From the NCBI GenBank assembly GCA_039799905.1, contig JBDLRP010000039.1, positions 139,749 to 203,748 of the forward strand: 64,000 nucleotides of DNA, read 5' to 3'. The translations under genes and the position numbers were made by a program. The notes under the pieces were generated by a model. It was given only the letters and a program-made list of their open reading frames with translations, was not told where the DNA came from and searched no databases. The stretch comes from Pseudomonadota bacterium (GTDB lineage: Bacteria; Bdellovibrionota_B; Oligoflexia; Silvanigrellales; Silvanigrellaceae). Positions 39,644 through 50,077 of the stretch are shown here, one piece after another; positions within the stretch are counted from its first letter, which is position 1; every line of letters begins with the position of its first letter.

Positions 39644-40621
39644 ATGAAGGTTTTGCTTCTGGTAGCTGCCATCATTTTAACGCTGGGCTCACTCGTGAAT
39701 GCACCGAGCGTTCACTCTTCCATCGGCACGCCGCACGACGTCTGGACCAGCAAAAACTTCAGCGAAAGCGACCTGCCCTGCGGTGTCCCGACAACACCTG
39801 CGCAGTTTAGCGTCGAGAACCGGCGGACAGCCGAAAATGCCTATATGTTGATGGCCGCAAACCATCTCGCATATCGCTTCTGGCCCGGACGCCGCGAGCG
39901 GATTCTGCGTCAATGGGGATTTTTCAACTTCGAATTTTTCGACAACTCACGGACAAGCACCAACGGGCTTTGGGCCGAGCACAAAGACTTTGTCCTGCTC
40001 GTTTTTCGCGGAACCCAGGAACCTACAGATTTTGTGACAGACGCCAACGTAACGCTCGTCCGGCCGCCGTCTGAATGGAACATCGAAGGACGCCTTCACC
40101 GTGGTTTTTTGAACGCCGCACAGTCGGTTGACGCTCAAGTTTCTAAAGCAGCGACACTTGCTCAAACGAAAGAAAAACCACTCGTTGTTTCCGGACACAG
40201 CCTCGGCGGGGCACTCGCCTTGCTTTCTGCGCTTCATTTAGAAAAACAAAAAACACCCGTGCATAGCATCTGGACTTTTGGTGCACCCAAGGTGGGTGAT
40301 CCTTCTGCAATGCGATCGATGAGAAAAATTCTGAGTGGACGACTTCATCAACTCAATCAGCCGACCGACCCGATTCCGCTTCTGCCGTTCACAAGTGAGG
40401 AACAACCTGCGCTAAATCAACTCGCGCAGGAATATGGAAAATATCTTCCGCTGTTTGGGACACTCGCTGCCAATGCAGCGTACAATTCGGCAGGCGGCGA
40501 AACACAACAGCGGCAGCTCGTCACGCGTACCCCACTTGTCGATTTTGCACGCGGTTTTTGGAAGCATTTACCACGTTCATACGTCTGCGATTTGGGTCAA
40601 CGGACACTGCCTGTTGAGTGA
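39644..40621 (+). CDS. Secreted class 3 lipase
   Basis: LVFRGT, HRGF, GHSLGG, TFGAPKVG, DPIPLLP. Confidence 0.9.
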   Translation: MKVLLLVAAIILTLGSLVNAPSVHSSIGTPHDVWTSKNFSESDLPCGVPTTPAQFSVENRRTAENAYMLMAANHLAYRFWPGRRERILRQWGFFNFEFFDNSRTSTNGLWAEHKDFVLLVFRGTQEPTDFVTDANVTLVRPPSEWNIEGRLHRGFLNAAQSVDAQVSKAATLAQTKEKPLVVSGHSLGGALALLSALHLEKQKTPVHSIWTFGAPKVGDPSAMRSMRKILSGRLHQLNQPTDPIPLLPFTSEEQPALNQLAQEYGKYLPLFGTLAANAAYNSAGGETQQRQLVTRTPLVDFARGFWKHLPRSYVCDLGQRTLPVE

Positions 40622-40667
40622 GATCCGAGCGAAACGTAAAGCGCTCCGAGGCTTTTTCAACGACCAA

Positions 40668-40703
40668 CAAAAAACCCGCTCTCTGATGAGAAGCGGGTTT
40701 TTT
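40668..40703. terminator. Bidirectional intrinsic terminator
   Basis: AAAAAACCCGCT..AGCGGGTTTTTT. Confidence 0.85.
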
Positions 40704-40728
40704 CAAAGGCAATGACTCACTGCGAGCA

Positions 40729-41085
40729 TCAACGCAGGCCGAGAGTGTTCCCGTAGATGAAGAGACTCACCGTGTTTTGCGAACCGCAACCATAGTAAGC
40801 CGGATTGACGTACGCCTGCGTCCAGATTGGTTGAGCATAAGGACCCGAGAGCTGACGGGTGTTCAGCTGAACCAATGAAGGACCATTCTGGTAGCTCTGG
40901 ATGCGGGTTGTGTAAGAAGGACCGACATACATGCGCTGACCATTGACTGCGATATCAACATTATAAGGCGTGCCGTTATAGATGCAGATTTGCGGATAAG
41001 ACGGTGTTCCACCGGTGGCATCCGACCAATCGGCAGAAGCAGTTCCAACAGCCAAAACAGAAGCAAGTACGAGAGCGCTTTTCAT
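40729..41085 (-). CDS. Small secreted hypothetical protein
   Basis: GGGAG RBS, signal ending ASA|D, two Cys, beta-rich. Confidence 0.65.
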   Translation of the reverse strand: MKSALVLASVLAVGTASADWSDATGGTPSYPQICIYNGTPYNVDIAVNGQRMYVGPSYTTRIQSYQNGPSLVQLNTRQLSGPYAQPIWTQAYVNPAYYGCGSQNTVSLFIYGNTLGLR

Positions 41086-41189
41086 TTGATAATCTCCCAA
41101 TGAAGCCTTCGGCGTTTGTCGGCCGACATAGCGAAATTCATACCGACCGGTCAACGACTATTTTCAGGACCGTACCGAGCAAAAAAGCT

Positions 41190-44090
41190 TCAACCTCTCA
41201 ACTGTGCAGAACAGTCGTGGGTGACTCTGGCAACGACAGCCTGAGTCACAGACTGAATGTCAGAGTCGGTCAGCGTCCGCTCCACGGGAAGCAGCGTTAC
41301 GCGCAACGCAACACTCTTGTGTCCAGCGGCAACGCCCTGACCCCGGTAAATATCAAAGATGTTGACCGCAACCAACCGCGCAGGGATCTTAGCCGCCTCA
41401 AGCGCATCTTTTTCGATTGCACTGCGAACTGATGACACCAAGCTTTCAGCGCTCAAACTTTCGTTAACCATAAAAGCAAAGTCACGTTCGACGGTAGGCA
41501 AACGAACGTGTGCTCCGGTCTGTGACGAAATCTTCCGCTCACCCTTTTGCGCATGCTCCTTGATCTCCGCATGAGCCTTGAGAGCGGTCGCTAGGTTGAT
41601 TTCAAAACCCAGACAGTGTCCGTCAATTTCGAAACTGCGCAACGCGGAAGGATGGAATTCAGCTACCCAGCCGAACGGCACTGTTTTTCCCGCGAGGTGC
41701 GCTACCACGTGCGCAGATCGGCCTGGGTGAAGTGCAGGACGCAACGGATGGTCCGCAGGCAGCGGTGCAAGCTCAATCTTTATTGAAAACACCGACATCA
41801 ACTCAGTGATGTGAGCTGCAAGTCGGTGCAGCGTCCAACCGCGCTCCGACGTGTTGAGCCATTCCTTCTCCTCCTCGACACCGAAAACAACACCGCAGAC
41901 ACGGGGTGTTTCACAAGGGCGTTCGCCCGCAGTTGCTTCTCTGCTCAGTGGCAAAGAGGCCAATGGAGAATATTCAAACAGGTGCGATGAAATTTTCTCG
42001 GCCAACTGCGCCGCAAGCGAGACACCGATGCCGTTGTCTTGAAACACACGCACACCGCGCGAATCAGCATTCTGAAAAGTTCTCGAAATTTCAAACAGCT
42101 GACCGCGTTTGTTGCCGTAGTTCAGGTTGAAGGCAACCTTGCGCAGAAGTCCGCTCAAAAGAGTCGTCTGCATCAGCGGTTCGTCTTTGATAATCGGATT
42201 GAGCAATGCAACAGGTTCACCATTTGCATTCAAATGAGTTTGATTCAGTTTCTTCCAATCATCCGCGCGCATGAAATGGAAGCCTGCGGTCTCGTGGTAA
42301 CCCAGACTGACCAAGCGGTTTGCAGCGTTTTCAAAGAATGACAGGTGCGCATCATCAGGGGCAACCCGTCCGGCCGAGGTCATCGGCAATGCCGGCACAT
42401 GATCGATTCCGACAACACGGACAATCTCTTCGACCAAATCCGCCGCACCGACGACATCAAGACGGCGCCACGTCGGAACAACAACTTGAGACGAATGTCC
42501 CGACGCCGATGTTGTCACTGCAAATCCAAGTGAGCGGAGAATGGTCAACTGTTCAGAAAAGGGAACAAGTTCTGCGCCAACGCGGGCGGGAAGATCCTCG
42601 CTTCCATATTGAATTGTGAAATCCGAATCCGGACGCATTTTAACAGCATCCAAATGCTTCACTGCATCCGCTGCATTGGGAAAATAATTTTTGCTTTCAT
42701 CCGCAATTGAAGATGCGGGACATGCCGCCACCGCTCCGCAATAACTAACCGCCGCCGAACTACCGGCAGGTTGCAAAGCATAAATAAGGCCAATCAACTT
42801 TTCGGCCGCTTCACAACGCCTGAAAACATCAATTCCTTTTTCGAATGCAAAACTGCTGTCTGTCTTGCGTCCGTGCCTGCGCGAAGCCCGCCGTACCAGC
42901 ACTGGATGAGGATTGGCGAATTCCAAAACAAGTGTTGAAGATTCACTGGTGACCTTTGATTTTTCGCCGCCGATGACTCCGAGCAGTGCTTGCGGTGTTG
43001 ACGCGTCCGCGACAACACAATCGTGGGCGACCAGCACACGCTCTTTGCCATCGAGCCCCAAGAAAGCCTCTCCGTCGCGCGCAAAACGCAGCGTCAACTG
43101 CCGCTGCCCAGAAGCAGCAGGGGCGAGCTTGGCCAAGTCGAAAGCATGATTGGGTTGAGCAAAACAGAGCAAGATGAGATTGCCGGCATCGACCACCGAG
43201 TTGATGCTTTTTTGCCCGAGCGATTCAAGCGAATTGCGCATCCATGATGGTGTCGTGCCAACATGAACATTTTCGAGGGCAACGAAAAATGCGGGCGCGC
43301 CGAGTTCATTTACGGCCGTGAAAGTTCCAACTTTCGTTTTCAGTACTTGTCGTTCCTGCGCCTCAGACAGCAGTTGTCCCGCGCTCACCGAACTTTTCCA
43401 GTCGGATCGCCATGCCTTCAGCTCTAATTTACCTTTTGTGACGCGATTGAGTCCTGCGCACAATTCGCGCGCAGCGCCTTCGTGTCCTAGCAGGTCTGGA
43501 CGATTGGGAGTCACATTCAGTTCGAAAATAACATCATCCAATTGCAAGGCCGTGAAGACTGGTTGTCCAAGACGTGTCTGAAGTTCCGTTACCGGACGTC
43601 CGCAGGATGGCTCGTGATGAAGTTCCCAAATTCCTCCGCCATCACGTTCCTCATCAACAGGGAGGCCAAGCTCTTCGCGCGAACAAAGCATGCCCGAACT
43701 CTCAACGTCACGAATCTTAGAAACTTTGATCTCCAAGCCATTGGGCAAAACAGCCCCCGGAAGCGCAACTGCCACAAAGAGGCCCGCACGAGCATTGGCT
43801 GCACCACAGACGATCTGACGAACATCGTTTGGTCCTGTCTGAACCTGGCATACCTGCAACTTATCAGCCTTCGGATGACGTTCGGCAGATTTGATTTGCC
43901 CGACAACCACCTTTTCAAAACCGGCACCGCGCAGGGTCTGCGATTCAACCTCAAATCCCTGACGGGTAAAAATCTCTGCGAACAATTCAAGATCCCAGCG
44001 CTGCCAGCAGGGCAAGGTCGTTGCATCAGCGCCAGAGCGGACAGGCAGCTGTAAGAAAAGATGATCAATTAATTTTAAACTTACAAGCAC
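41190..44090 (-). CDS. pheT: Phenylalanine-tRNA ligase beta subunit
   Basis: HPKADKL, IVCGAAN, SGMLCS, VTPNRPD, DLVEEIVR, ERDFAF ferredoxin-like domain. Confidence 0.95.
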   Translation of the reverse strand: MLVSLKLIDHLFLQLPVRSGADATTLPCWQRWDLELFAEIFTRQGFEVESQTLRGAGFEKVVVGQIKSAERHPKADKLQVCQVQTGPNDVRQIVCGAANARAGLFVAVALPGAVLPNGLEIKVSKIRDVESSGMLCSREELGLPVDEERDGGGIWELHHEPSCGRPVTELQTRLGQPVFTALQLDDVIFELNVTPNRPDLLGHEGAARELCAGLNRVTKGKLELKAWRSDWKSSVSAGQLLSEAQERQVLKTKVGTFTAVNELGAPAFFVALENVHVGTTPSWMRNSLESLGQKSINSVVDAGNLILLCFAQPNHAFDLAKLAPAASGQRQLTLRFARDGEAFLGLDGKERVLVAHDCVVADASTPQALLGVIGGEKSKVTSESSTLVLEFANPHPVLVRRASRRHGRKTDSSFAFEKGIDVFRRCEAAEKLIGLIYALQPAGSSAAVSYCGAVAACPASSIADESKNYFPNAADAVKHLDAVKMRPDSDFTIQYGSEDLPARVGAELVPFSEQLTILRSLGFAVTTSASGHSSQVVVPTWRRLDVVGAADLVEEIVRVVGIDHVPALPMTSAGRVAPDDAHLSFFENAANRLVSLGYHETAGFHFMRADDWKKLNQTHLNANGEPVALLNPIIKDEPLMQTTLLSGLLRKVAFNLNYGNKRGQLFEISRTFQNADSRGVRVFQDNGIGVSLAAQLAEKISSHLFEYSPLASLPLSREATAGERPCETPRVCGVVFGVEEEKEWLNTSERGWTLHRLAAHITELMSVFSIKIELAPLPADHPLRPALHPGRSAHVVAHLAGKTVPFGWVAEFHPSALRSFEIDGHCLGFEINLATALKAHAEIKEHAQKGERKISSQTGAHVRLPTVERDFAFMVNESLSAESLVSSVRSAIEKDALEAAKIPARLVAVNIFDIYRGQGVAAGHKSVALRVTLLPVERTLTDSDIQSVTQAVVARVTHDCSAQLRG

Positions 44091-44102
44091 GAGTTCACCC
44101 TC

Positions 44103-45218
44103 TCATCGCAATGACAACTGGCGGGACAACATCACATCGCCTTCAAACAGCGAACGCAGATCGGCGATGCCAAACTTGCTCATTGCGATGCGATCGACAC
44201 CCATTCCGAAGGCAAATCCGCTGTAGGTTTTTGAATCAACACCGCAACGCTCAAGAACGCGAGTATTGACTAGCCCGCAGCCTCCCATTTCCAACCAACC
44301 AGTGTGTTTGCAGCTGCGGCAGCCGGTGCCAAAACACTGCTGACATTGAACGTCGATTTCCGCACTCGGCTCGGTGAACGGAAAATAACTGGAACGCAAA
44401 CGCAATTTCACGGGACGCCCGAACACCTCAGCAAAGAATGCATCCAGCGTGCTGCGCATATGCGCAAGCGTAATGCCCTTGTCCACGACAAGGCATTCGA
44501 TCTGGCGAAAGGTTGGAACATGCGTCAGATCAAGTTCATTTCGGTAGGTGAAACCCGCGCAGGCCACCCGCAGCGGAACACCGCGCTCAAGCATCGCATG
44601 AGCCTGCACGCTGCTCGTGTGAGTGCGCAGCACCCACTCGGATGCAACAAAAAATGTATCCTGCATTTCACGCGCTGGATGGTCCGCAGGAATATTCAAG
44701 GCCTCGAAGTTGTAAAAGTCTCGTTCGAGTTCGGGACCATCGATCACGGTGAAGCCCAGACGCTTCAAAGGCTCTAGGAGCTGCTGAACTGCAAGCGAAA
44801 CGGGATGGCGGGAACCCAGCCTGATTTCCGGCAGCGGAAGAGTCAGGTCGACACGTTCATCAGCGAGTTTCTTTTCCTCTGCAAGCAAACGGCACGCAGC
44901 GACGAAACGCTCAATTTCGGACTCAAGGACAGCCTTGAGCTGGTTGATTTTCGCGCCCGCATCTTTGCGCTCTTCGGCAGGATAATTGCGCAGAGCCTTG
45001 AGCCAATCCTGCAGCGGCGATTTGCGGCCGGTAAATCGGACACGTACCTCATCGGCCTGCGCTTCACTGAACGAGCCCAACGGCATACCGACGACGTGCA
45101 GACAGCGCGCGCGTTCATCATCAATCAATTTCTGCAACTCCGACAAAGAAGAAGCTGCCGCGGTGTGCGGCAGCTCCAACAGTTCGGAGAGTGAGATGTC
45201 TTGCGACAGGGTCATCAT
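44103..45218 (-). CDS. pheS: Phenylalanine-tRNA ligase alpha subunit
   Basis: HPAREMQDTF, LRTHTS, YFPFTEPS, GFAFGMGVDR. Confidence 0.97.
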   Translation of the reverse strand: MMTLSQDISLSELLELPHTAAASSLSELQKLIDDERARCLHVVGMPLGSFSEAQADEVRVRFTGRKSPLQDWLKALRNYPAEERKDAGAKINQLKAVLESEIERFVAACRLLAEEKKLADERVDLTLPLPEIRLGSRHPVSLAVQQLLEPLKRLGFTVIDGPELERDFYNFEALNIPADHPAREMQDTFFVASEWVLRTHTSSVQAHAMLERGVPLRVACAGFTYRNELDLTHVPTFRQIECLVVDKGITLAHMRSTLDAFFAEVFGRPVKLRLRSSYFPFTEPSAEIDVQCQQCFGTGCRSCKHTGWLEMGGCGLVNTRVLERCGVDSKTYSGFAFGMGVDRIAMSKFGIADLRSLFEGDVMLSRQLSLR

Positions 45219-45237
45219 CTTACCCTCTGTGATAAGG

Positions 45238-47127
45238 TTAACCGTTCATACTTCCGAGAAAATCATTGTTCGTTTCGGTTCGCTCAAGCCGCTGGATCAA
45301 AAACTCCATCGACTCGATGGGGCTCATCGGGTGAATGACCTTGCGCAAAACCCATAGACGGTTGAGCGTCTCTTTGGGCAGCAGCAGATCTTCCCGTCGA
45401 GTACCGGACTTATTGATATCAATAGCCGGGAACACACGGCGCTCAGCCAGACGACGATCCAACACGAGTTCCATGTTGCCCGTTCCCTTGAATTCTTCAA
45501 AGATCACTTCGTCCATACGGCTTCCGGTTTCAATCAGAGCCGTCGCGATGATCGTCAGACTGCCGCCCTCTTCCACGTTTCTCGCTGCACCGAAAAACCG
45601 CTTGGGTTTGTGCAGGGCGTTGGCATCCACACCACCTGTGAGGATTTTTCCGCTCGGTGGAACGACGGAGTTGTATGCACGCGCCAGACGCGTGATGGAG
45701 TCAAGAAGGATGACGACGTCTTTTTTGTGTTCGACAAGACGCTTCGCCTTCTCAATTACCATTTCGGCAACTTGAACGTGGCGCGACGCCGGTTCATCGA
45801 ACGTACTCGAAACAACCTCTCCCTTCACGGTGCGTTCCATTTCGGTCACTTCTTCCGGACGCTCGTCGATCAGAAGGACGATAAGGACGACCTCGGGATG
45901 ATTGTGCGCGATCGCAGTGGCAATATTTTGCAGGAGAACAGTTTTACCCGTGCGCGGAGGTGCGACGATCAGCGAGCGTTGGCCTTTGCCGATAGGCGAC
46001 ATAAGGTCGATGGTTCGCGTACTGAGGACTTCCGGATGGTATTCCAGCTTCAGACGTTCGTTGGGGTGAATCGTCGTCAAGTTGTCGAACAGAATCTTCT
46101 CACCGGTTAGATCCGGCGGCTCGAGGTTGACCGATTCTACCTTCAACAATGCAAAGTAACGTTCGTTGTCCTTTGGCGGACGAATCTGGCCGGAAACCGT
46201 ATCGCCCGTGCGCAAATTGAAACGTCTGATCTGCGAAGGGGAAACATAAATATCGTCAGGACCCGGGAGATAGTTGTAGTCGGGAGCGCGCAGAAAGCCG
46301 AAGCCATCCGGCAGCGTTTCCAACACACCTTCCGAGTAAACAACGCCATTGCGGGCAGCCTGCGCACCCAACAGAGCGAACACCAGATCCTGCTTGCGCA
46401 AGTTAGCAGCGCCCTCGATGCCCATCTCAAGTGCCATCTGCACCAGATCCCTGATGTGCTTTTCCTTGAGTTCCTTGAGATTCATTACAGGAACATTTGC
46501 GTTGAACTCCGGTTCCTTCTCCTCGATCACAGGCATCTGCTGCTTGTCTTGACGTTTGAAGTTGGGGTTGAAGTTGGCGCCACCCTGACGTTGCTGAAAT
46601 CCGCCACCCTGTCCGTGCGGACGTCCCATGTGGCCTCCGCCTCCGTGATTTGGCCTGCGGAATTGCGGCTGTCCCTGCGGACCTCCTTGCTGGCTTTGCG
46701 GTCCGCCGTGACCGCCGGGGTGCGGCTGTGCAGACGGTGTCGGCGCAGGCGCGGCAGGGTTGGGAGCACCAGGCTCGCGGGGTGCTTGTGTTGGCATTGG
46801 CGATGCTTCGCGAGGAGCAGCAACTGGAGTTACTTGAGCGGGCTCTCTTGCTGCTGTGGGAGTGGTTTCCCCTGCAGGAGCTCCCACCGGTGGCATACCT
46901 TCTCGCCGCGGCATAAAGCCACGTCTGTCATCACGTTTTTGAGGAACAAAAGTCGTCACTGGCCGATTATCACCGTCGCCTGTCACTTCCGGGCCCGATG
47001 CTGTCTCAGAACCTGCTGATTCTCCAGCTGATTCATCTTTTCTGACAAAACGGCGGGTAGAACGTTTGCGGGATGCAGTCGAATCGTCAACACTCAAGTC
47101 TTCTAAAGGCTTGGTATCATCAGCCAT
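45238..47127 (-). CDS. rho: Transcription termination factor Rho with long N-terminal extension
   Basis: [45 protein letters not shown]. Confidence 0.98.
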   Translation of the reverse strand: MADDTKPLEDLSVDDSTASRKRSTRRFVRKDESAGESAGSETASGPEVTGDGDNRPVTTFVPQKRDDRRGFMPRREGMPPVGAPAGETTPTAAREPAQVTPVAAPREASPMPTQAPREPGAPNPAAPAPTPSAQPHPGGHGGPQSQQGGPQGQPQFRRPNHGGGGHMGRPHGQGGGFQQRQGGANFNPNFKRQDKQQMPVIEEKEPEFNANVPVMNLKELKEKHIRDLVQMALEMGIEGAANLRKQDLVFALLGAQAARNGVVYSEGVLETLPDGFGFLRAPDYNYLPGPDDIYVSPSQIRRFNLRTGDTVSGQIRPPKDNERYFALLKVESVNLEPPDLTGEKILFDNLTTIHPNERLKLEYHPEVLSTRTIDLMSPIGKGQRSLIVAPPRTGKTVLLQNIATAIAHNHPEVVLIVLLIDERPEEVTEMERTVKGEVVSSTFDEPASRHVQVAEMVIEKAKRLVEHKKDVVILLDSITRLARAYNSVVPPSGKILTGGVDANALHKPKRFFGAARNVEEGGSLTIIATALIETGSRMDEVIFEEFKGTGNMELVLDRRLAERRVFPAIDINKSGTRREDLLLPKETLNRLWVLRKVIHPMSPIESMEFLIQRLERTETNNDFLGSMNG

Positions 47128-47368
47128 GTAAGATTTCCGAATAATAAGGGGGAGTTAATTCTAAGGCGGCCAAAGCACGAATCGGCTCTGGAGCGAAACG
47201 GATGTTCAACCCAATGAACACGTTGATAGTCCTAGACCACGCACCTCGAAGTTGCAACCGTGTTTTTTAAAATGCCTCAAATTTCTGCAGCAAGCGCCGA
47301 TGCCTCTACGAATCTAAAGAAGGCACCCTTCGAACGAAGGAAATTGCTCTCTTTGGCGAGGAGACTCG

Positions 47369-50014
47369 ATGGGGAACGTCGATTCGAACGGGCAGACCAA
47401 GACCCAACGGCGCGCCAGCAATCAACTGGGCCTGTCTGTAGAGGACCGGTTCAGGTTTACGATCGTCGTGAGCTTTATCGCACTCAGTCTGATTGGCTTG
47501 GGCAGCATGTTTTACATGTCCGACTTGCAGGCAAAAAGATTTCAATCTGAGGCCGCCACTCTTGCGGTGACGCGCTGGTCCGGCGCGTTTGAAGTTGGGA
47601 TTGAACAGTTGATTGCGCCCAAACAGCAGGAGTCAGAAGAAATTGTCCCTGCTATTCTTGAATCCAACCGACTCGTCCCGCGTTCACAATTGCCCGAGCA
47701 TCTTGGTAAGTCTGAAATTGCCTTCACCACTTCAAGCTCAGGAGATCCACTGTGGGTGATCAACAAGCACCCCCTGCTCGACAACAACACAGCTTTGATT
47801 CTTGCCGAGCGTGAATATCCAGAACTGAAAATTGCCCGCGAAGCGTTTGTGTTCCAACGCTGGCTTGCGACGGCACTGCTCGCCATTTTGATAATTGCAT
47901 GCACAGTCTTTTTCTCATTCGGAAAGTATTACATTTTCAAACCACTTCACTTACTCCGCGATGCGCTGCTCAGCAGGCGGATGACAGAAGCTGCCCGAGT
48001 CAAACAGCTCCACAATTCAAAGGTCACAATCGAGCGCCTTGAAGAACACTCGCGTTTCCCGCTTGAACAGTTCGAGGGTGACGAATTCGGTCAGATTGCA
48101 TTCATACTCGAGGACGAAGACCGCAGACAGAAATCAATGCGCGACAGCTGGCTCAAATCGTTCAACACAATCAATGAGCCTATCGCGGTTTTCGGACAGA
48201 ATGCGCGTCTCAAACACATCAATGAAGCCATGGAACAGTTCCTCGACGAAATCGGCCTCGATCCTGATCTCGTCAGGAATCTTCCAGCCTCTGCATTCCT
48301 GAACTCGTATTTGCAGCTTGAGGAAGAGAGTTCGGCAAAACTTTGCAAAGTCCTCAGTCAAAAGCTCCCGAAAGTTCAGGCTGCGGCGTGTACAGTCGAA
48401 TTACCCGAAGGTAAACGCACATTCCGCTATTCCGTCTCAACAATCATCAATCATGGCGAAAGATTTGCAGTCTTTTCCCTTATTCGCGAGCAGATACTTG
48501 GACAAAACCATAACTTTGAAGATGTCATTCTTGAACAGGCCAACAGCCAGTTGAAGGTCATTCACCGTCTGCAGCAATCGGCGCGGGAAATGTCGGACCA
48601 AAAGGCCGATACCGTGCTGCATCTTTGCGAAACGCTGGTTGACAACATTCACAGCCTTCTCGAGATCTCCAACGCCTCGAACCCTTCCTTGGCGACTCAT
48701 AAAGTTGAATTCAATGTCTTTCACTTTTTTCGTGAGATGCAGGAATCGATCGAAGGGGCTTTGAAGATTTCTGTGGAAATGGAAAAATCATTGCCAACGT
48801 TCATCGTGGGAGATCCGACTCATCTCCGGCAATTCCTCAAGGGGATTTTCCAATCTTTTCATGAAACGAACTCGGTTGAGTCGATTTTGATGAATATTGG
48901 CTACAACACTTCTGAGAAAAAATTGATCATCTCGGTTCTTTCTCCCGACGGTAATCCAGTCTTACGTGACCCGTCTCTGCAACTTTATCTGGCCCATTAC
49001 TCACCCTTTCTTTCGCTGAGCAGTTTTCCTGACGAGGATCTGCACGCGGACGAATTCATACGGGTGCAAATCGTCGCACAGGCGGGTATCAACCGGATTG
49101 AAACTCTGGAGCTGGATTTATCCAACAGACAACTTCCCAAATCGCTCATCATCGTCTCAGATGAAATCCTTCCCGGTGAGGCGCGTGAGGTCCTGGAGTC
49201 TTCCCAACACGTCAATTGTGAATGGCTGACTCCCGGAGAAGCTCTCGAGCGAAAATTCTCGAATAGCGGAGAATGCATGCTTTTGTTCATCACCAACACA
49301 CAAAAGCTGAAGGACAAAGCTATCCAAAAGGTCATCAACCATGCGCGAGGCTCAAGTGTTCCCTCGGTCCTGCTCAGCCAACAACCCCGCCGGGGCGAAT
49401 CACTAACCGCGCTGCGCCTCGGCTTTGTCACATATCTCACATTGCCATTTGAACACGATGAGCTCCACAAGCTGCTGATACTGACCATGAACAAGTCGGT
49501 ACGCGAGAGCATCGGAAAACTCGGACTCATCACAAAACACACAGTACGAGACCTCGTCCCGTCGCTCGGCAAAGTATTGCTTGGAAATATTTCAAAGCAA
49601 CATCAGAAAGAAGCTCTGATTCTTCTCAACACATTGACGAATCTCGGATTCAGGGTCCAAGAGACGTCAACCGTACACAGCTTTTTCGAACTTCTGCACA
49701 AGGGAACTTTTGAATACATCGTCTGTCCAAGCGGACTTTCGACGGGACTCAAACGGCGCATCCAAATCAGCAGCCGCGATGTCCCTTGCGTCTTATTTGG
49801 GAGCTGCTCATTGGATGAACCTGGGCGCAGTGATGAAAACCGTTCGGCAGCACCTCTCGCCAGCTGGATCACAATCGCAGACGTGAGCAACCAGCAGGAA
49901 GTCAAGGATGCACTTCACGCCGCACAGGAATACGAAAAACGATTCAGCGACATCCCCGAAGAAGAAAGCGACGAGGGCGAAAACCCGAACGACAATCTCG
50001 AACTCGCCATTTGA
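47369..50014 (+). CDS. Membrane-bound degenerate hybrid histidine kinase-like protein (pseudokinase)
   Basis: 2 TM, HAMP-like DEFGQIA, PAS-like, GDPTHLRQFL, two receiver-like segments. Catalytic motifs absent. Confidence 0.65.
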   Translation: MGNVDSNGQTKTQRRASNQLGLSVEDRFRFTIVVSFIALSLIGLGSMFYMSDLQAKRFQSEAATLAVTRWSGAFEVGIEQLIAPKQQESEEIVPAILESNRLVPRSQLPEHLGKSEIAFTTSSSGDPLWVINKHPLLDNNTALILAEREYPELKIAREAFVFQRWLATALLAILIIACTVFFSFGKYYIFKPLHLLRDALLSRRMTEAARVKQLHNSKVTIERLEEHSRFPLEQFEGDEFGQIAFILEDEDRRQKSMRDSWLKSFNTINEPIAVFGQNARLKHINEAMEQFLDEIGLDPDLVRNLPASAFLNSYLQLEEESSAKLCKVLSQKLPKVQAAACTVELPEGKRTFRYSVSTIINHGERFAVFSLIREQILGQNHNFEDVILEQANSQLKVIHRLQQSAREMSDQKADTVLHLCETLVDNIHSLLEISNASNPSLATHKVEFNVFHFFREMQESIEGALKISVEMEKSLPTFIVGDPTHLRQFLKGIFQSFHETNSVESILMNIGYNTSEKKLIISVLSPDGNPVLRDPSLQLYLAHYSPFLSLSSFPDEDLHADEFIRVQIVAQAGINRIETLELDLSNRQLPKSLIIVSDEILPGEAREVLESSQHVNCEWLTPGEALERKFSNSGECMLLFITNTQKLKDKAIQKVINHARGSSVPSVLLSQQPRRGESLTALRLGFVTYLTLPFEHDELHKLLILTMNKSVRESIGKLGLITKHTVRDLVPSLGKVLLGNISKQHQKEALILLNTLTNLGFRVQETSTVHSFFELLHKGTFEYIVCPSGLSTGLKRRIQISSRDVPCVLFGSCSLDEPGRSDENRSAAPLASWITIADVSNQQEVKDALHAAQEYEKRFSDIPEEESDEGENPNDNLELAI

Positions 50015-50077
50015 ATCAGTCGCTCAACAGGAATGGGGCACCGACTTACGCATGCGCCTTCCGACCACCGACCTAAA

